A stretch of 64,000 nucleotides of DNA, taken from NCBI GenBank assembly GCA_043825735.1, contig JBDRRP010000073.1, forward strand, positions 11,826 to 75,825, written 5' to 3'. The translations under genes were made by a program, and so were the position numbers. Source of the DNA: Pseudomonadota bacterium. Lineage in GTDB: Bacteria; Desulfobacterota; Desulfobacteria; Desulfobacterales; JBDRRP01. The notes beneath the pieces were generated by a model, which did no database searches, was not told the DNA's origin, and worked only from the letters and a program-made list of their open reading frames with translations. Position 1 is the first letter of the stretch; every line of letters starts with the position of its first letter. Shown piece after piece: positions 39,268 to 48,941 of this stretch.

Positions 39268-39597
39268 CTACTGTTCTAATGTAAGCAGTTTTGGTTCATC
39301 CTTGATCTCTCTAAAAGCTTTTTTAAAGGCTTCTTTGGCATAATAGGTATTATTGTCCTCGGAGTAGATGAACTCGCAATCTTTTTGCATTTTACGAAAT
39401 GTTTCATCTGAAACTTCACACGAGATTTCATTAAACATTTTTACCATTGGATTCGTTTTCACTTTTCTGAAAAATTTTTCATGTGCTTTTCCGAATTCAA
39501 ATAATTCTTTATCTTTGGATTCCGACAATGTTTGAAAGATTTCTTCTAAGCTCAAAACGCCTATAACAACTGTCTTATTTTTTGCTTTGTTTTTCAT
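39268..39597 (-). CDS. Hypothetical protein (109 aa)
   Basis: AT-rich ORF preceded by an AAGGA-type RBS. Confidence 0.5.
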   Translation of the reverse strand: MKNKAKNKTVVIGVLSLEEIFQTLSESKDKELFEFGKAHEKFFRKVKTNPMVKMFNEISCEVSDETFRKMQKDCEFIYSEDNNTYYAKEAFKKAFREIKDEPKLLTLEQ

Positions 39598-39643
39598 TAA
39601 TATTATCCTTTCTTACCATTGAGATTTGTTCAAATTCGAGCTT

Positions 39644-39952
39644 TCAAGCATTACCAGCATTCTTTAAGGTCTCGGCCGGTGCGAATGACCCGTTCAATTT
39701 TTCGATTTGATACCCGACACACCCCATATGCCGGTATTTCAATCGAAGATCCGTAAGTGCGTCAGCAAGATGGGGTATGTTCCCGTTAGTTTTGGCAACG
39801 ATTCCTTCGGCCTCTCTAACCGCAACCATCTGCTCTTTTTTCGCCGAAATGGCGCACTGGAATACCAATTTGATTTCATGGGTTTTTGTGAATGCTACGT
39901 GACGTTCCAATTTCCGTCCTTTCTTTGCCAAACTATCGATAGTTTTTTTCAT
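39644..39952 (-). CDS. Hypothetical protein (103 aa)
   Basis: Start moved to the ATG giving MKKTIDSLAKKG; its 3' end is duplicated at 39217-39249. Confidence 0.5.
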   Translation of the reverse strand: MKKTIDSLAKKGRKLERHVAFTKTHEIKLVFQCAISAKKEQMVAVREAEGIVAKTNGNIPHLADALTDLRLKYRHMGCVGYQIEKLNGSFAPAETLKNAGNA

Positions 39953-40357
39953 CGCTGACAGCCTTTCCGCCCTCGCACAAAAAAAGGCGTCCATGCTCTT
40001 CCCAATCCACCGGGACGATGCACGTCGCCTTCTCTTGGTACTCGGTCTTGATGTTATGTTTGGTTGTTCGTTTCATTTGCCATGAGGTCGTATTTGCTTC
40101 GCCTCATGGCTGGGGGTAGAGACTGTCGCGCATACTTCGTGTTTTATGTTTTTGTGATTCTCACACCTGCCTGTTTAGGTGGCCAGATGTGCTTCTTTAA
40201 CCTTGGCTATAAGATAATCATCATTTTCCTTTTGTCAATGCTTAAAGTTAAAATATATTAAAAATAATTACTTGATATGTGCTAAAATCGCTGCTAAACG
40301 TGTTTATAATCGCATTATTGTTAAATTTTGTGAAATATTATACCGGAGCCTACGCCC

Positions 40358-40609
40358 ATGACTGACTTCAAAATCATCAATCTCAAGATACCCCCGGAGC
40401 TCTACGAAAAGATCAATCGCCTGGCCCAAGAATCCAACCGGTCAAAGACCGACATGCTTCGCCAACTGGTCGAGGAAGGCATCTCCTACCGCGACCTCGG
40501 GGCCGATGAGCACCTGGTGCAGCGTCTGCTCGAAATGGTAGCGCGCCGGGTCACAAGTGACGCTGACATCATCGCCGGGCAACCGCTGCAGGTGAAGAAG
40601 GGCCGGTAG
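40358..40609 (+). CDS. Ribbon-helix-helix (CopG/Arc-like) DNA-binding protein
   Basis: KIINLKIPPELYEKINRLAQESNRSKTDMLRQLVEEG has the typical beta-alpha-alpha RHH pattern. Confidence 0.75.
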   Translation: MTDFKIINLKIPPELYEKINRLAQESNRSKTDMLRQLVEEGISYRDLGADEHLVQRLLEMVARRVTSDADIIAGQPLQVKKGR

Positions 40610-40791
40610 ACGCCCGCTTTCTTCCGCCAAACAGAATCGGGAGAGACCGCCCCCTCCCTACCAGGAGGCTGCCGGAGACCAACAGTTGCGGACACAAAAG
40701 CCCTGCGGACACAAGGGGACGCAAGTTTACAGGTTTTTCTTACGTAGGGAGATTTTATGAAAAAACCTCAAAACTTGTGTCCGGAAGCCGT

Positions 40792-43059
40792 TTATGCGTC
40801 CCATGTGTCCGCCTGGAGACCGAGACCTTTCCATCCTCTCGACCGGTCCTGCCCCACTTTTCCGGGCATATAGCCCCGCTCTTTCAGCTTCAGTCCCATT
40901 GCCCGTTTGCTCAGGGGCCTTTCCCCATTCCCCTCGCACCAGTTTACGTAGGCCTCGTAGACGTCCTTTGTTCGGACTTCATGCGAAGGCCCCTCGATAC
41001 ATCGGTCGGCGATGAATTCCGACATCACGTCCATCTCGTTGCGGTAATCCTCGGTGGCCGCCTTGACCTCATCTGGAGTGCCCAGCCCCTGCCGCTGCCA
41101 ATCTAGGCACCCGCTCACCGCCCATGCCAATATACCGGGTAGCTCCGATTTTAGCTTTCTCGATAACTGAAGGTCCCTTTCGCACTCCGGAATTGTCACC
41201 TCAAAAGGAACCAACTTGATCCGGCGCCAGATGGCGTGGTCAGTCTCCTTGATCACCGGCTTATGGTTGGTGCCGAGAAAAACCTTGTGAGTCGGCACGA
41301 AATCAAACCATTCCTGGTGAAGGAACCGGGCTGACAGAGTGTCGCCGCCAGTCATCTGCTTGATCAGGCTCTCAGCGAATCGTTGTTCTGATTCCGCCTC
41401 GGAAGCGGTGACAAACCTGGCACCTTTGAGTCGGGCCACATCATTTGGGATCGCTCCCCGCTGTTTAACCAGCAGGGTCTCCGTGGGGGTCTGCATGGCA
41501 TATTCGCCCAGCATCGCATTGATGGCCTGCAGGAAGGTGGTCTTCCCATTAGCCCCGGAACCATAGAAAATGAAAAGACACTGCTCGGAAGTTTCTCCGG
41601 TCAGCGAATACCCGATGGCTCTTTGAAGAAACGAGATCAGGTGCGCGTTGCCAGCCATGATCCGATCCAGAAAGGATTGCCATAGGGGGCAATTCGTATC
41701 CGGATCATAATGGACCGGCGCCAGCTGTCTGATCAAATGCTCCCGCTGATGAGAAAGCAGATTACCCGTTTTAAGATCCACCGTGCCATTGAGACAGGTA
41801 AGGAGCCATGGATCGACATCGAGCTCTTCAGGCGTAATCGGAACCTCACTCGTTGCAAGGGAAACCATCGAGCGGATCCGTTTTTCTGATTCTGACTGCA
41901 TGGCGTGCTTGGCGATTTCCTGGCGCTTACGATCATCAGCCTCGTTTTCAGCTTCCCTGTAAATGAGACGCACAACTTCTTTGGCGAGCTGTCTGATTTT
42001 ATCCTTCTTGTCGACGCCCCACCTTTTACCGTCCCAGATCAGCCAGCTTCTCCAGACGTGGCAATACCTGATGTCCGAACCGAAATGATGAACAAGCCTC
42101 TCGGCGTTACCCATGTCCGTGAGGTTAAACTGCTTGGGATTGGTGGCTTGGGCAGGACTTTCATGGCCTGAAGGCTTTCCCGGCGATGCCAGTGCCTTTT
42201 CGATGGTGACCTGCCCGTAGGTCTTTCCATTTCCGTAGTGTGATTCATCCCATTTGGGCCGGTAAAGGCCCGAGCGCCGAAATAGCCTGTCTATCTCGTA
42301 TCGATCTCCAGAGGTCCAATACGCCAGCATCGAGCACAGTGAGAGATCCGCTTCGCTCTGGGAATGGTAGTCTCCGAAATCACCGCGCCAGAGCCTGGAG
42401 AACTTATCTCCATTTTTGGCATTCATCGCTTTTTCAACGATGGTGTCCTCGGAAGTCTGGTTGATCAAGGTGGGATGATTGATCTGGGCCGGCTTGGCAG
42501 AGCCATCAAGCTGGCTGTAGAGGGCAAGGACCTGCTGATCGCGGCGCGCTACCGAAGGTATGGCTTCCGGCAAAATGTCGCCTGTAATCGTAAAGAAACG
42601 CTTCTCATCATATATTTCGATGTCATGTCGCCTGCGGCCACCGTGGGGCAACACTCCCTGGACGATAATGTGAAGCCCGCACCCCGAAGGGCTGATTTCG
42701 GTATAGCTGCCCATCTCGCTGACAATTTTTTCGGCGGCGGGCTGAATGATTCCTGTAGTAGGATCCAGGCACCCGTCCAGATCAATTCCCACAAAACCGG
42801 CATCCTTGGTAAATACGAATCCGATGCCCCTGCAATTGCCTGAATGATACCATGCGATCGCATCTTCAAAACGGCCCCAAGTGCTCGGCTCATTGACCTT
42901 GGCAAAAGATCCATCCTTGGGATTGATGGGCACCTTGGTTGGCTTGGGTCCTTTTCGCTTTACCTCTCTCCAGCACACCCACTGGTGCTGTGCCTTCATT
43001 TCCGCCGGTATGGCGTCTGTGTTGATTTCCTCTATTTCTAATTCCGTCTGAAATTTCAT
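40792..43059 (-). CDS. Prim-pol / D5-type primase-helicase (P4 alpha-like)
   Basis: N-terminal bifunctional primase-polymerase motifs (WVCW.., GIGFVF, VGIDLDGC), D5_N region, SF3 helicase Walker A YGSGANGKTT; start at ATG 43059 (43116 possible). Confidence 0.9.
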   Translation of the reverse strand: MKFQTELEIEEINTDAIPAEMKAQHQWVCWREVKRKGPKPTKVPINPKDGSFAKVNEPSTWGRFEDAIAWYHSGNCRGIGFVFTKDAGFVGIDLDGCLDPTTGIIQPAAEKIVSEMGSYTEISPSGCGLHIIVQGVLPHGGRRRHDIEIYDEKRFFTITGDILPEAIPSVARRDQQVLALYSQLDGSAKPAQINHPTLINQTSEDTIVEKAMNAKNGDKFSRLWRGDFGDYHSQSEADLSLCSMLAYWTSGDRYEIDRLFRRSGLYRPKWDESHYGNGKTYGQVTIEKALASPGKPSGHESPAQATNPKQFNLTDMGNAERLVHHFGSDIRYCHVWRSWLIWDGKRWGVDKKDKIRQLAKEVVRLIYREAENEADDRKRQEIAKHAMQSESEKRIRSMVSLATSEVPITPEELDVDPWLLTCLNGTVDLKTGNLLSHQREHLIRQLAPVHYDPDTNCPLWQSFLDRIMAGNAHLISFLQRAIGYSLTGETSEQCLFIFYGSGANGKTTFLQAINAMLGEYAMQTPTETLLVKQRGAIPNDVARLKGARFVTASEAESEQRFAESLIKQMTGGDTLSARFLHQEWFDFVPTHKVFLGTNHKPVIKETDHAIWRRIKLVPFEVTIPECERDLQLSRKLKSELPGILAWAVSGCLDWQRQGLGTPDEVKAATEDYRNEMDVMSEFIADRCIEGPSHEVRTKDVYEAYVNWCEGNGERPLSKRAMGLKLKERGYMPGKVGQDRSRGWKGLGLQADTWDA

Positions 43060-43167
43060 TCTCCATTTAATCCTCCTGCTCGTTATTTCCGGATTACGTA
43101 GAGGGGGCAGCGGCACCGATTTCGGCAGTGCGCACTGCGCCGCCCCTACTTAAGCACCCTTTAAGAG

Positions 43168-43407
43168 CTACCGCACCGGTCGCGGAAACCTGGTTTTACC
43201 TTTTGGTCCTGATTCATTCTTGGGCACTTCTTCATCAGCACCGCCACTTGCTTCCAGTTGGGCCTTTATGTGCTCCTTGAGCTGATACAGGTTGTAATTC
43301 ATGATGCTGATCTCGCAGCCATCCAGACGCTCACTGAAAAGCGCGCAACCAGCAAGAAGGCACTTTTCGCCTAATAGAGGGCAGGTTTTTCCGTCTAATT
43401 TATGCAT
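43168..43407 (-). CDS. Small Cys-containing hypothetical protein
   Basis: MHKLDGKTCPLLGEKCLLAGCALF..; lies between the MerR-like and primase genes. Confidence 0.45.
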   Translation of the reverse strand: MHKLDGKTCPLLGEKCLLAGCALFSERLDGCEISIMNYNLYQLKEHIKAQLEASGGADEEVPKNESGPKGKTRFPRPVR

Positions 43408-43672
43408 GTCCGTTTCCCTCCTTTGATGCGGCATTCTTCACTGCTTTTTCGGCCGAGGCCTGAAGGGTGAACCCCTTATCCATAAAGCCCTTGATGGCGC
43501 TGATGATGGAGACCTCCTCGGGCGTGAATCTGCGATACGCCCTTTCACCGCAAACAACCCGGTAAGCTTGATGGATGTATCCCTTGGCCTCCCAGTTGCG
43601 GATTTGTTTCTGAGACACACCGGTCATTCTTGATGTATCCCCAATACTGTAAGTGATTCTTGGATGATTCAT
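43400..43672 (-). CDS. MerR-family HTH regulator
   Basis: YSIGDTSRMTGVSQKQIRNWEAKGYI matches the MerR N-terminal HTH; start at ATG 43672 with GGAGG upstream. Confidence 0.75.
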   Translation of the reverse strand: MNHPRITYSIGDTSRMTGVSQKQIRNWEAKGYIHQAYRVVCGERAYRRFTPEEVSIISAIKGFMDKGFTLQASAEKAVKNAASKEGNGHA

Positions 43673-43715
43673 AACAAATACCTCCGTTGAGTTTGATTGA
43701 GGGAAAATGTATCCC

Positions 43716-43745
43716 CCTATACTCATACGGAGGTTAGTTTATTCA
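43716..43745 (-). promoter_or_regulatory. Conserved block upstream of the MerR-primase module (second copy)
   Basis: See 38179-38207; lies 44 nt upstream of the MerR-like start codon. Confidence 0.6.
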
Positions 43746-44079
43746 CTGGCGAGGGAGGATGATATGGAGGGCAGAATTTTTTAATGGTTCCGAGGAAAGA
43801 TTAAAACGCTTCCACCAGAGGCTCCCGAGGCACGATTCGATAGGAAGGTTGTTTTTGGAATCGTTACAACACTGTCAGGTGGCTTCAAAGTGAACAGAAA
43901 CAGGGCACCCCTGGAAAGCCATAGACATCTTTTAAAAAGATGCGCATAAAGTGATGTTACACAATGTCGGAGTATGTGTTTACCTGCTTAGGTAAAAATT
44001 TAAAGCGTAGCTGAAATTTCATCTTTGTTCCTTCGCATGCTTTGCGGCACCTCATCAATGAACCTATAGGAACTCAACA

Positions 44080-47000
44080 CTATTCAAATCTCTGTTCACG
44101 TAGACTGTTTCTCTCCGCTTCCTGTATTCGGTTCTTTCGGACTGATTCTTCGATAATTTTGAGTTTATCTTTGACAAACTCGCGCACCTCGGGTGACTGG
44201 TGGCTTAAAAGCTCAGCAAAAGCCCTTGATCTGACTTCAAGAATTTCTGCAAGAGACCCCGACCATCCGCCAGGCCAAGTCCCCTTAAATATCGTCTCGA
44301 TTATGCCAATTTTGTTCTCCGCAATCTCTATAAGCGCTTTAATGTGGCTACTGAGCATGACTTGTTTCGGGTTGTCCAAAGGCGTCTTTCCTTTGCCCGT
44401 GGAAGAGTAAGAAGATACCGCAGCGGCAATTTTCTGAATCCGATCTTGATCTCCGTTACACCATTTCACCAAGCGATCCGATGAAGTGAGATTCAACGGA
44501 GGCTCACTAGGATACATACGGTCCCTGAAAAGTGTATGAACAAGCAACTCTTCATTTTCACCACCTGTGAAGACTCTGTTCAAAACTAACTCCGGGAAAT
44601 TCTTGAATAGGGCAGATAGGATCTCCTTTAACTCGAAGCTATAGAGACGGTAAGATTCTATGCCTTCACAAAGCAGTTCGATAATTTCGATAATTTCGGT
44701 GTCTGGCGCAGAATCAGACAAAGACACATCCACCACCAGTTCAAACCCGTGCAACCGGTTCCTGTTAATTTCGTCCTGTTGCATCAAAAGCAGTTTGCCA
44801 ATTGCCTTGCGTCCTAAGGACCGCAATGCCTCGCTTGGCACATAGTCGCTATCTCGGTCTGTAAAAAAGCGCATGCCAAGTATAGTAAGCGTGCAGAAGG
44901 CTCCTCCCTCTAACTCATTGAGTGCCGAAAGAATTTCAACCAAATCTGCGTCAGAGATTGTCTCATGTACCCGGCCATAGCTTATCTGTTCAAATCGCCA
45001 TGCCTCAAGCTCTCCTGTACGTGCTACTTCAATAAGCTTTTTTGCACCCCAAGGTGCTATAGGGGTCGCCCCGAGCAAGTACACAAAATGTTGCTTAAGC
45101 TCTGGGATCTCCAGCACTCGTTCCTGGAGATTTCGAGCCAACTTCGGATCCCCGTTGTGAACGGCATAAATGAAGCCGCCGAACAAAATAGGTTGTATTT
45201 GTTCAAGCTGTTGTGACTGCATCAAACCGACAAGAAACTCAAATGCTGAATTTTGATCAGCACTGCCCTTGGCGAGGCCTTCACCAAATGACCAAAGCGC
45301 ATCAATGTGTTTTTCCCAAAGCCTTGGCGCTAATTTATTAAGACATTTGAGCTCAGAAGCGGCAAGCTCTCCCAGCCTTACAATCTTTTCACGGACGCTT
45401 TTTGACTTCTCTGTATAGTTTCCACCTTTAACTTCTATGTGATCCCAGGTGTTTGTGAGCGCGTATGCCTCAATCTCTGAGTACGGATCTGACGGGGCAG
45501 CCAATTTCTCAAGTGCTCCAAGCCTAGTGCGCAGTCCAGAAATGTCATTTTTCCAGTCGAAATGCATCGTTTTCTTGATGGCCATCCATATTTCGGGCCA
45601 GCTTCCGCCTTTGGCATTTTCCCGAACGATCTCTTCAAGGATATCAAAGCAGCCTGCAAACGACCACAACCCACGGAAATAATTCGCCAGTAGACCTTTT
45701 GCCCATTTTTTTGACACTATATCATTCGTCGTCAAGTAAGGCTTTAAAAGTTTGATGAACCCCACATACCAATCCAGTTTCTCACCGTGTGTTAAAGGTT
45801 GCCAGCCAAAGTCTCTCCTACGAGCACCGAAGCCGAAGGTACTAAACGAAGTCCAATTTGAAGTCTCAAACACTGAACGGAACAACTCATCGGCGATCTC
45901 TTGATGTCTCCGTTCGCCAGAGCTAAGCAAACGTTTTAGAAAAGCTTGTCTTCGAATCGGGGTAGCTAGCGTGCCTGAAAGATACAAGGAAAAAAGGGAC
46001 CGTAGTTGACCAACTATGCTGTTATTGTTTTCTCCCGCTTTTTCTGTTTCAGCAAACTTTAGGATAATACCAGCCGCGCGGTCAAAACTTTCATCTTCAT
46101 ATGCGAGTTGTCGCAGCAACCTTATAAACACAGGAAAATGCTTGTTGCTCCTTGAAGTAAATTCTGGGTTCTTTGATGCCGATTCAATCGCAGTCAAAAC
46201 CGTATCGGGAAAAACTGGTGCAACATAGTTAAGTGCCGATAGCAGCTCTTCATCACAAGACGCAATATCGTTCAGAAGACCTCCTGATTGCACCCATGTT
46301 TTGGCCAGTTGGCGTGCAGGTTCAAAGTCATGTAGATATCCAAGCCTGTGAGCGCAGGACTTGAATAAGCGTAAGTTTTCTCTCTTGAAAAGCTCACTGT
46401 TGATTATATCAGGGGGAATGTTCTGGATTGCTCTTTTTGCAAGGCGGTTAGCCAGGGCATGTGGCAACACAGCCCGCCATTTTCCGCGTTGTTGCGATAG
46501 TTGTCTCCGCAGAAGCTCGGCATGGCTTCGATTGAGAGTTCGGCGTTCCAATCCACCGATGTTCGCCAGAACTTGCAATTCGTCATTGTAGTCTGATGGA
46601 GACACATTGAAAGAATATACTAGAGACAAAACTTCGGCGCATTCGAGCAAACTGTCTGCCATCCCTTTTCTTTGACTAAATAGTCTCTGGAACAATATTT
46701 CGTCAGAGAAATTCGTTAGCGTTTCATCAGCTTCAACTCGACTTGCCAAAGCGAGGGCAATACGCGCATTGCCACCTGCAAATTCAGCGACCTTGCTCGC
46801 ATTGACACGCCCTAAAGCCGGAAACCTTTTTTGCACGAGTTTGGAAACAGTTTCCTCACTCGATGGCTCTATATGAATAACTTCTGTCTCTTCTGGTCGA
46901 TCATCTGATATATCGTATTCGATTGTCAGAAATCTCAACCTTGCGCTATTCAAAGAAATCTGCTTTTGCAAATTTCGATGTACATCGGGCGGGCAATTAT

Positions 47001-47982
47001 CCAAGACGACATAAGCTGTAAAGTCGTTTGCAATTAGATACGAGACGAGTTCGGATGCCGTGGGTGTTATTTTATTACCTATATCGGCATAAATTACATT
47101 TGCCGATGGCAACGAATCTTCGCCGACGTCTGTTTCAAAAAGCGCCTGAGCGAACCTCGTCTTGCCTACCCCTGACAATCCAGTGATCCGGACTGTGCTA
47201 CCCGCGCCCCTCAGCCTTTCGCGAGTTAGTTTAATGCCATCAGCGATTTTTAAGGGTGCCTTTGCCATTGAGTTTGCATCTATTACACAAGGGTGATCAT
47301 CAAGTAAAAATTCATCATCTTGATCTGGTGGTGTCGCTGCCCATCGACCAAATGGCATCCAACCTGACAGGGGTTTACCCAGCCGCGAGCGCACCCACAA
47401 GGCAACCCCGGGGTGTTGCCTTAACCAAGTCGACAGTCGATCTCTACCATAAAAATCGAGTAGCAAATCATCCTTGTCGGATAGATCTTGCACAGCCGCA
47501 GCCATCCCAAGTAGGCGCTCCGAGAGCATCCTGTCTGTGCAGTCATCTTTGCCGCTGACAATTATGTATGCCCCTTTTTTACAAACCAAATCGGCAATGG
47601 ATGGCTTTACACTCCCTTTTTCCAACATTTCCTTATTGCAAGAAGATTTGCCCATGCTATTTTTTTTTACTTGAAAACCTGTATTCTCGCGTGGGATGAA
47701 ACTAGGGCCATTTAGTGTGGTGGCCTCCCGCACCCTTATATCGAGGCCACCGTCTGCTGCCTCCTGTGCTCCGCCCCATAATACACAGGACGGCTGAATT
47801 CCCTGTCGAATCAATTCCGCTTCGCACAATCGCGCGACCATTTCTCTTAGGTCAGCATCACTTAGAGTTGATATATCTGCAGGTTCAAGCTCAAAGAATC
47901 TCATTGAATTTTCCATTTTTTCGGTGTCAATACTTCTATCAGGATCGTCGATACTCCGTAAAATATTTATTCGACCGGCCAA
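44080..47982 (-). CDS. STAND-type NTPase with N-terminal Mrr-like PD-(D/E)xK nuclease domain and long helical-repeat C-terminus (Avs-like)
   Basis: N-terminus ..AADGGLDIRV..TGFQVKKN.. (D..QxK); Walker A ITGLSGVGKTRF, Walker B AYVVLDNCP; about 850 aa of alpha-helical repeats; AT-rich relative to its flanks. Confidence 0.8.
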   Translation of the reverse strand: MAGRINILRSIDDPDRSIDTEKMENSMRFFELEPADISTLSDADLREMVARLCEAELIRQGIQPSCVLWGGAQEAADGGLDIRVREATTLNGPSFIPRENTGFQVKKNSMGKSSCNKEMLEKGSVKPSIADLVCKKGAYIIVSGKDDCTDRMLSERLLGMAAAVQDLSDKDDLLLDFYGRDRLSTWLRQHPGVALWVRSRLGKPLSGWMPFGRWAATPPDQDDEFLLDDHPCVIDANSMAKAPLKIADGIKLTRERLRGAGSTVRITGLSGVGKTRFAQALFETDVGEDSLPSANVIYADIGNKITPTASELVSYLIANDFTAYVVLDNCPPDVHRNLQKQISLNSARLRFLTIEYDISDDRPEETEVIHIEPSSEETVSKLVQKRFPALGRVNASKVAEFAGGNARIALALASRVEADETLTNFSDEILFQRLFSQRKGMADSLLECAEVLSLVYSFNVSPSDYNDELQVLANIGGLERRTLNRSHAELLRRQLSQQRGKWRAVLPHALANRLAKRAIQNIPPDIINSELFKRENLRLFKSCAHRLGYLHDFEPARQLAKTWVQSGGLLNDIASCDEELLSALNYVAPVFPDTVLTAIESASKNPEFTSRSNKHFPVFIRLLRQLAYEDESFDRAAGIILKFAETEKAGENNNSIVGQLRSLFSLYLSGTLATPIRRQAFLKRLLSSGERRHQEIADELFRSVFETSNWTSFSTFGFGARRRDFGWQPLTHGEKLDWYVGFIKLLKPYLTTNDIVSKKWAKGLLANYFRGLWSFAGCFDILEEIVRENAKGGSWPEIWMAIKKTMHFDWKNDISGLRTRLGALEKLAAPSDPYSEIEAYALTNTWDHIEVKGGNYTEKSKSVREKIVRLGELAASELKCLNKLAPRLWEKHIDALWSFGEGLAKGSADQNSAFEFLVGLMQSQQLEQIQPILFGGFIYAVHNGDPKLARNLQERVLEIPELKQHFVYLLGATPIAPWGAKKLIEVARTGELEAWRFEQISYGRVHETISDADLVEILSALNELEGGAFCTLTILGMRFFTDRDSDYVPSEALRSLGRKAIGKLLLMQQDEINRNRLHGFELVVDVSLSDSAPDTEIIEIIELLCEGIESYRLYSFELKEILSALFKNFPELVLNRVFTGGENEELLVHTLFRDRMYPSEPPLNLTSSDRLVKWCNGDQDRIQKIAAAVSSYSSTGKGKTPLDNPKQVMLSSHIKALIEIAENKIGIIETIFKGTWPGGWSGSLAEILEVRSRAFAELLSHQSPEVREFVKDKLKIIEESVRKNRIQEAERNSLREQRFE

Positions 47983-48339
47983 GTTTTGGAAGCCTCTCGG
48001 CTAAGCGGCGGATGTCGATTTATGATTGCTTAAAAACTTTGCATTCATTTTGCAATTCCAATAACTTGTCTGCTCAATCAACCCGGGAATTACACCGTTG
48101 GTTTACGAAGGTGAATGCCGAGCGCTGAATCCGTTGATGCAAATATAGAAAGCGACCAGAAACAACGCCGTTTGTGTTACGAGCAATCTCCAGCATACTG
48201 TCAATACATTCATAAGGGCTATTTACGCGTTCCAATATTCCGGAATTAGTTCGATCTATAGCCTTAGAAATGGCATTCCGTGCCGGAATCGCCATTCCCT
48301 CAGGCTATTGGTTACCATTTTAATTGGGGATCGCTCATC

Positions 48340-48645
48340 CTACTCATTTTCCTCGGATTCTATCCACTCCTTTTTGAGCAACCTCTGCCGTTCAGCCTCC
48401 TCCCGGCCTTCCTCGTAAGCCCATCCCATGGCGCTGCCAAGGAAGAAGGCGTCCTCTCCGGTGAATCCATCTGACTCAGCTTCATCAGCACCTGTCATTT
48501 CATCGTCCGGACCGTCCGGATCGTCCAAATCATCGCCGGGCATGGCATCATCGAACTGATCCTCACCGGAATCATCATCCATGAAACCGTCACCATCGAA
48601 TCCGCCGTCGTCGTTATCACCGAAATCATCATCGGAATCACTCAT
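48340..48645 (-). CDS. Extremely acidic small protein (candidate DNA mimic)
   Basis: MSDSDDDFGDNDDGGFDGDGFMDDDSGEDQFDD.. is Asp/Glu-dominated over about 70 aa, followed by a short helical tail. Confidence 0.6.
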   Translation of the reverse strand: MSDSDDDFGDNDDGGFDGDGFMDDDSGEDQFDDAMPGDDLDDPDGPDDEMTGADEAESDGFTGEDAFFLGSAMGWAYEEGREEAERQRLLKKEWIESEENE

Positions 48646-48880
48646 GGTCCTGCCTCCGTTTCTGATTGTAAGTGAGTGCCTGCAAAAACTGCAACCGCTT
48701 TTTCAAGCGCCGGCCGCTGCGCTCAAATTCCTTATCCTTGCCAATGTCGGTACCGAAGGTCTCATACCGCCCGGTATCGACCAGAAACCGCCGGCCGCCG
48801 AGCACCTTTAGCAGAATGTCCCAAATCCTCTCTGGCCGCCGTAGCCGCTTCCATTCCTCTTTGGTCATGATGTCCTCCAT
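48638..48880 (-). CDS. Hypothetical basic protein (80 aa)
   Basis: Its stop overlaps the start of the acidic gene by 8 nt (translational coupling). Confidence 0.45.
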   Translation of the reverse strand: MEDIMTKEEWKRLRRPERIWDILLKVLGGRRFLVDTGRYETFGTDIGKDKEFERSGRRLKKRLQFLQALTYNQKRRQDHE

Positions 48881-48941
48881 AACGAGAAATCCCCACCGGT
48901 ATGGACACCGACAGGGCTCCCGTTGATGTTTGTGAATGTGA

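Noticed and set aside
40272-40310. Promoter for the RHH gene (perfect TATAAT at 40305-40310)
   Set aside because: No acceptable -35 hexamer at 16-18 nt spacing (TTGATA lies 27 nt away). The region is so AT-rich that a chance TATAAT is likely.
48074-48295. 73-aa ORF upstream of the STAND gene as a possible partner gene
   Set aside because: No convincing ribosome-binding site and no motif; it sits in a compositional junction. Kept as unsupported.
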